This document shows positions 56,825 through 64,000 of a stretch of DNA of 64,000 bases, in pieces. The notes under the pieces were generated by a model. The model saw only the letters and a program-made list of their open reading frames with translations. It was not told the DNA's origin and searched no databases. The translations under genes and the position numbers were made by a program. The stretch is from Blasia pusilla. Taxonomy: Eukaryota. Each line of letters opens with the position of its first letter. Position 1 is the first letter of the stretch. The stretch lies in the NCBI GenBank assembly GCA_050084515.1, contig CM114271.1:20212001-20276000 (forward strand). The letters are read 5' to 3'.

Positions 56825-58960
56825 TTAGGGGAGAGTGCCAATTTTAGTGGCCTAAGTATTGGGGGCGGGGCAACTATAAGCGTTGTCAAAGGAGGGTGGA
56901 GGTATTCATCTGATCGCCCTAGATGAGGTGCTCTTGCGTTTGGTTAGTTCCATTATCGCTCAGCAATTTCGTGAGGCTTTCTAGTCACATTTGAGTTTGC
57001 ATTAGCTTGGCGTTGCCACGCCGGCTGGCTGTGAGACAATAGCCTTAGGTTTGAAGGCTTGTCTCCATGTACATCTTGAGTGGGCGGTCCAAGTGGATGT
57101 GGAGAACGCCTTCAACTTAGTGTCATAGGAAACCATCTTCACAAAGTTGATGGATGCAGGTGGCCCCATTGCGAGCTTCATTCCTTTTATGCAGGCTTTC
57201 AATGGGGCCCCTTTGACTCTCTATTTCCATCATGGTTGGTTTGAGGAGGAGGTCATATTTTTGGAGTCCGCAACCGAGACTCGTCAAGGTGATCCTCTAG
57301 GTGGCACATTGTTTGCTTTGGCTTATTACGAGCGGTTCTTTCTATGGTGGAGGATTTATGGGTTGCATTTTCCCTTTGGTGACAAATGATACTCATATTT
57401 GGGGCTCTAGAGATCTAGTTCGTCGTTCCTATATTTCAACACTTTTCTGCAAAGTTAGCACGTGTCGGCCTCTGGGTGAAGGTGCGTAAGTGCAAGGTAT
57501 GGTCTCCATTAGGCCTACCCAATGATCTTCATGTACCCAACGGATTCATGACATCTGTCGGAGGGCTTTGCATCTTGGGAGTCCCACTCAAGAGCCGGGA
57601 CTTTGTCGACGGCAGCCCTTATCGAGGATTTGCTCCACGTTGATGATCTCAAGAGGATTGGTGACCCTGAAGTTGCCTGTGGCATTCTCTCTTCTTGTTT
57701 TGCTCGTCAACCTAGTTATCTCACTAGAACTGTTTGGATGTCTAGTCATCTTTCTACTCGCTATAGATCCTTTGATAGGAAGATCCTACAAGTGTTTGGG
57801 GATCTTTTAGAACGTGGCTCCTTTGAGTGCCCCATGGGGATCTAGCTCGTAGATTAGCTTTTTGGACAATTTCCTTTGGTGTAGTAGGTCTTCTCTCGAC
57901 CTCGCTCTCGACGGAGTTAGTGGCACCCTTGGATTTTTTAGGGGAGTTGGGCCATGGCAACACCTCTTCTTTGCTCTAGATTGATGGTTAGCGATCGACA
58001 ACTCCTTTTGCAATACGTATCCTAGGTCGATGATGGCATGTTTCCAGTGTAGTCTTCCCTCAGAGCATGTAGAGATTCCCTTCTTGTTGAGGCCAGAGCC
58101 GTTCTCCTCCTTTGTTAACTCCGGTCAATCTGGGCTCCAATCTCCTTTGATGGAAGCCTTCTTTGAGGCAATTTTTAGAGTCACTATATCACACGGGAAT
58201 TTTCCCATGGAGGTTTGGGCCCGTATTCGCTCTTGCTCTGAAAAGAGGACAAACTTATGGATGGGGGCTTGTTCTTGACTCCACTCATCTTGGATTTCCG
58301 TTTCGCATCACTTACCAATAATACAACCATGCGATTTCTGACTAGGCCTCCCCAGCTATCAATTGTTGGTTTGACACATTGTGAGTGTTGCCGGAGTTAA
58401 GATCCACTTAGTGTGCATATAACACACTGTCCGATGGGGGCTGAGAGGATTGCCGCTCATAATGTTGTGCGAGATGTCATGATCAGTATTGCTCGCAAGA
58501 ATGGCTTCCACGTGTCGAGAGAGAGGCACTACTCCATGCGCAATTCCTTATCTGTGTTGATTTTCATATGATACAAGAGACTAAGGTGATGGTGGCAGAT
58601 ATTGTAGTGATAGATACTAGGTAGAAGGTTGTGCGAGGCCATGTATTGGCACAAGGGAGATTGCTACAAGGAGCAACGGCAACGGCAATGGCGATGAAGA
58701 AGACTCATCTCTGTAGTCGACTTCACGATGGACATCGATTAGTTCCCCTAGTCATAGAGTTTTATGGGACTATGGGGGAGAGGTTTGACTCCTTCCTTAT
58801 GGATTGCACCCATCATCTCCAGTCGAGAAATGACTTGTCATTAGCTGCTGGAATTCTTTATTGTAGGCAATTGGTCCCCATACTTTACAACATGCCCATG
58901 CCAATGGATCTTTGGGATGGGCCCAAGATGTGATAGACACCGAGCCGAAAGGCCCACTTA
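56825..58960 (+). mobile_element. 5'-truncated, degenerate non-LTR retrotransposon with RT, CCHC finger and restriction-like endonuclease (CRE-like)
   Basis: GIHLIALDEVLLRL (RPIAxGE-like), LGVATPAGCETIA, QVDVENAFN, TRQGDPLGGTLFAL, LCILGVP, CECC...HITHCPMGAERIAAHNVVRD (~58380-58475), VADIVVID, LVPLVIEFYGTMG. Confidence 0.8.
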
Positions 58961-59710
58961 GTGGTAGTCATGTCTCTCTAGGTGTTGATGATATTGCCTC
59001 TTGCTGGTGAATTTAGACGATGTAAGGGTACTGCCTTTTCTTTTTCGGGGTTGGTTGAGGCCTCCATGTACTTCTTTCAGTCCCCATTTCGTTGTATTCC
59101 AGATGGGTTTTCCATTGCCCACTTTCATGTAAGTTAAGTAGATGTTTCTCCACTTTAGGGCTCCCACTATGGTACATATTTCCACAATGAAAAAGTGGGA
59201 ACTTTCCCAATGCACTTAAAATTTTTCATTTCTACAAAACCTGACAGCTTTAATCCACACTTCTAATTATCTTACTTCTTTTGTCATGTTAAGACTTCCA
59301 TGATTGGGAATATCCTTTTTTAAGGATTTCCACTCTAAACTTGTCCGCCATCAAAATTCGTCTGAAAATTTCCTGTTGTGAAATTTGTAGTGTTTAAGTC
59401 TCCGGCCTTTGCACATCATCAGATTCATAGTTTGTAAAGATCAACTAGTCCGTGTGGGGATCAGCTCTCAATGATTTGAGAGGATCTCTGCAAAAGCATG
59501 AGCAATAAATATTATGACAACTTTATTAAGTCTTGAGGACCATGGATGAGTGTTGAGCTTGTGGAACTGACAAGCTACAAAAGTCCTGACCATTTAAGTG
59601 ACAGACTGCTGATTGAGAGACTTGGTGGGAGAAGAGAACTTCCCTATTGTTACTGTATTGTGGAAAACATCTCCTCTTTCTATACTATACAAAATTGAGA
59701 CTTTACACAC

Positions 59711-63625
<3,915 letters not shown>

Positions 63626-64000
63626 TGGGACGAGCTGGGGACGATGTCGGGCTCTTGGACTGTCTTACACGCTTGAAGACAGCACCGCACAACACAATTA
63701 CATGAAAGGAGGAGGTAGGATTGTTTCATGAAGTGGAGCCGTGCAAGCCGTAATTACCAGAAGGGATCTATGACGGTGCAACGTGTGACGATATCAAGCA
63801 ATGTCCTACTCTGACCGACTACAACACCTACGAGAGTACGAGGAGCGTAACCACCGCCTTTGGCTACATTACATGCAGGTGATTTACATACAAGCACAGA
63901 GAAGCAGGGGGGCTTGGAGGAATCGCAACGCACTCACAAGGTAATCAGCGCAAAGCAACGATATGACTTGGTCTGGTAAGCAAGTGTCTCCGTTCTGCTG

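Noticed and set aside
52560-59215. Weak inverted similarity between ~52580-52620 and ~59140-59175 as TIRs of a large DNA transposon
   Set aside because: Too degenerate by eye; no TSD or transposase motif found.

Overview
Eukaryotic, intron-rich genomic DNA; the gene set and transposon types suggest a land plant or other streptophyte, probably non-seed (inference). Four host genes, all on the minus strand: SCNM1-like (3 exons, 1026-3250), a SMARCAL1/CHR18-like SNF2 helicase (about 26 exons, 9183-18565), CDKF;1-like kinase (single coding exon with a very large insert, 47752-50787) and plastid argC (13 exons, 59711-63625). Between them lie decayed transposons: two plus-strand Helitrons, a minus-strand Helitron2/Helentron-like element with cargo genes that is interrupted by nested insertions, a solo LTR, a truncated Copia and a CRE-like non-LTR element. 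The most striking feature is a pair of nested Ty3/gypsy-type elements (23712-37812 and 25553-35814). Both have a DDE integrase with a C-terminal PHD finger, split direct repeats arranged X...Z-nn-X-Z instead of two ordinary LTRs, and a Tf1-like self-complementary primer site. The full-length inner copy also encodes a C5-cytosine DNA methyltransferase between protease and RT. Exon boundaries were read by eye and may be off by a few bases.
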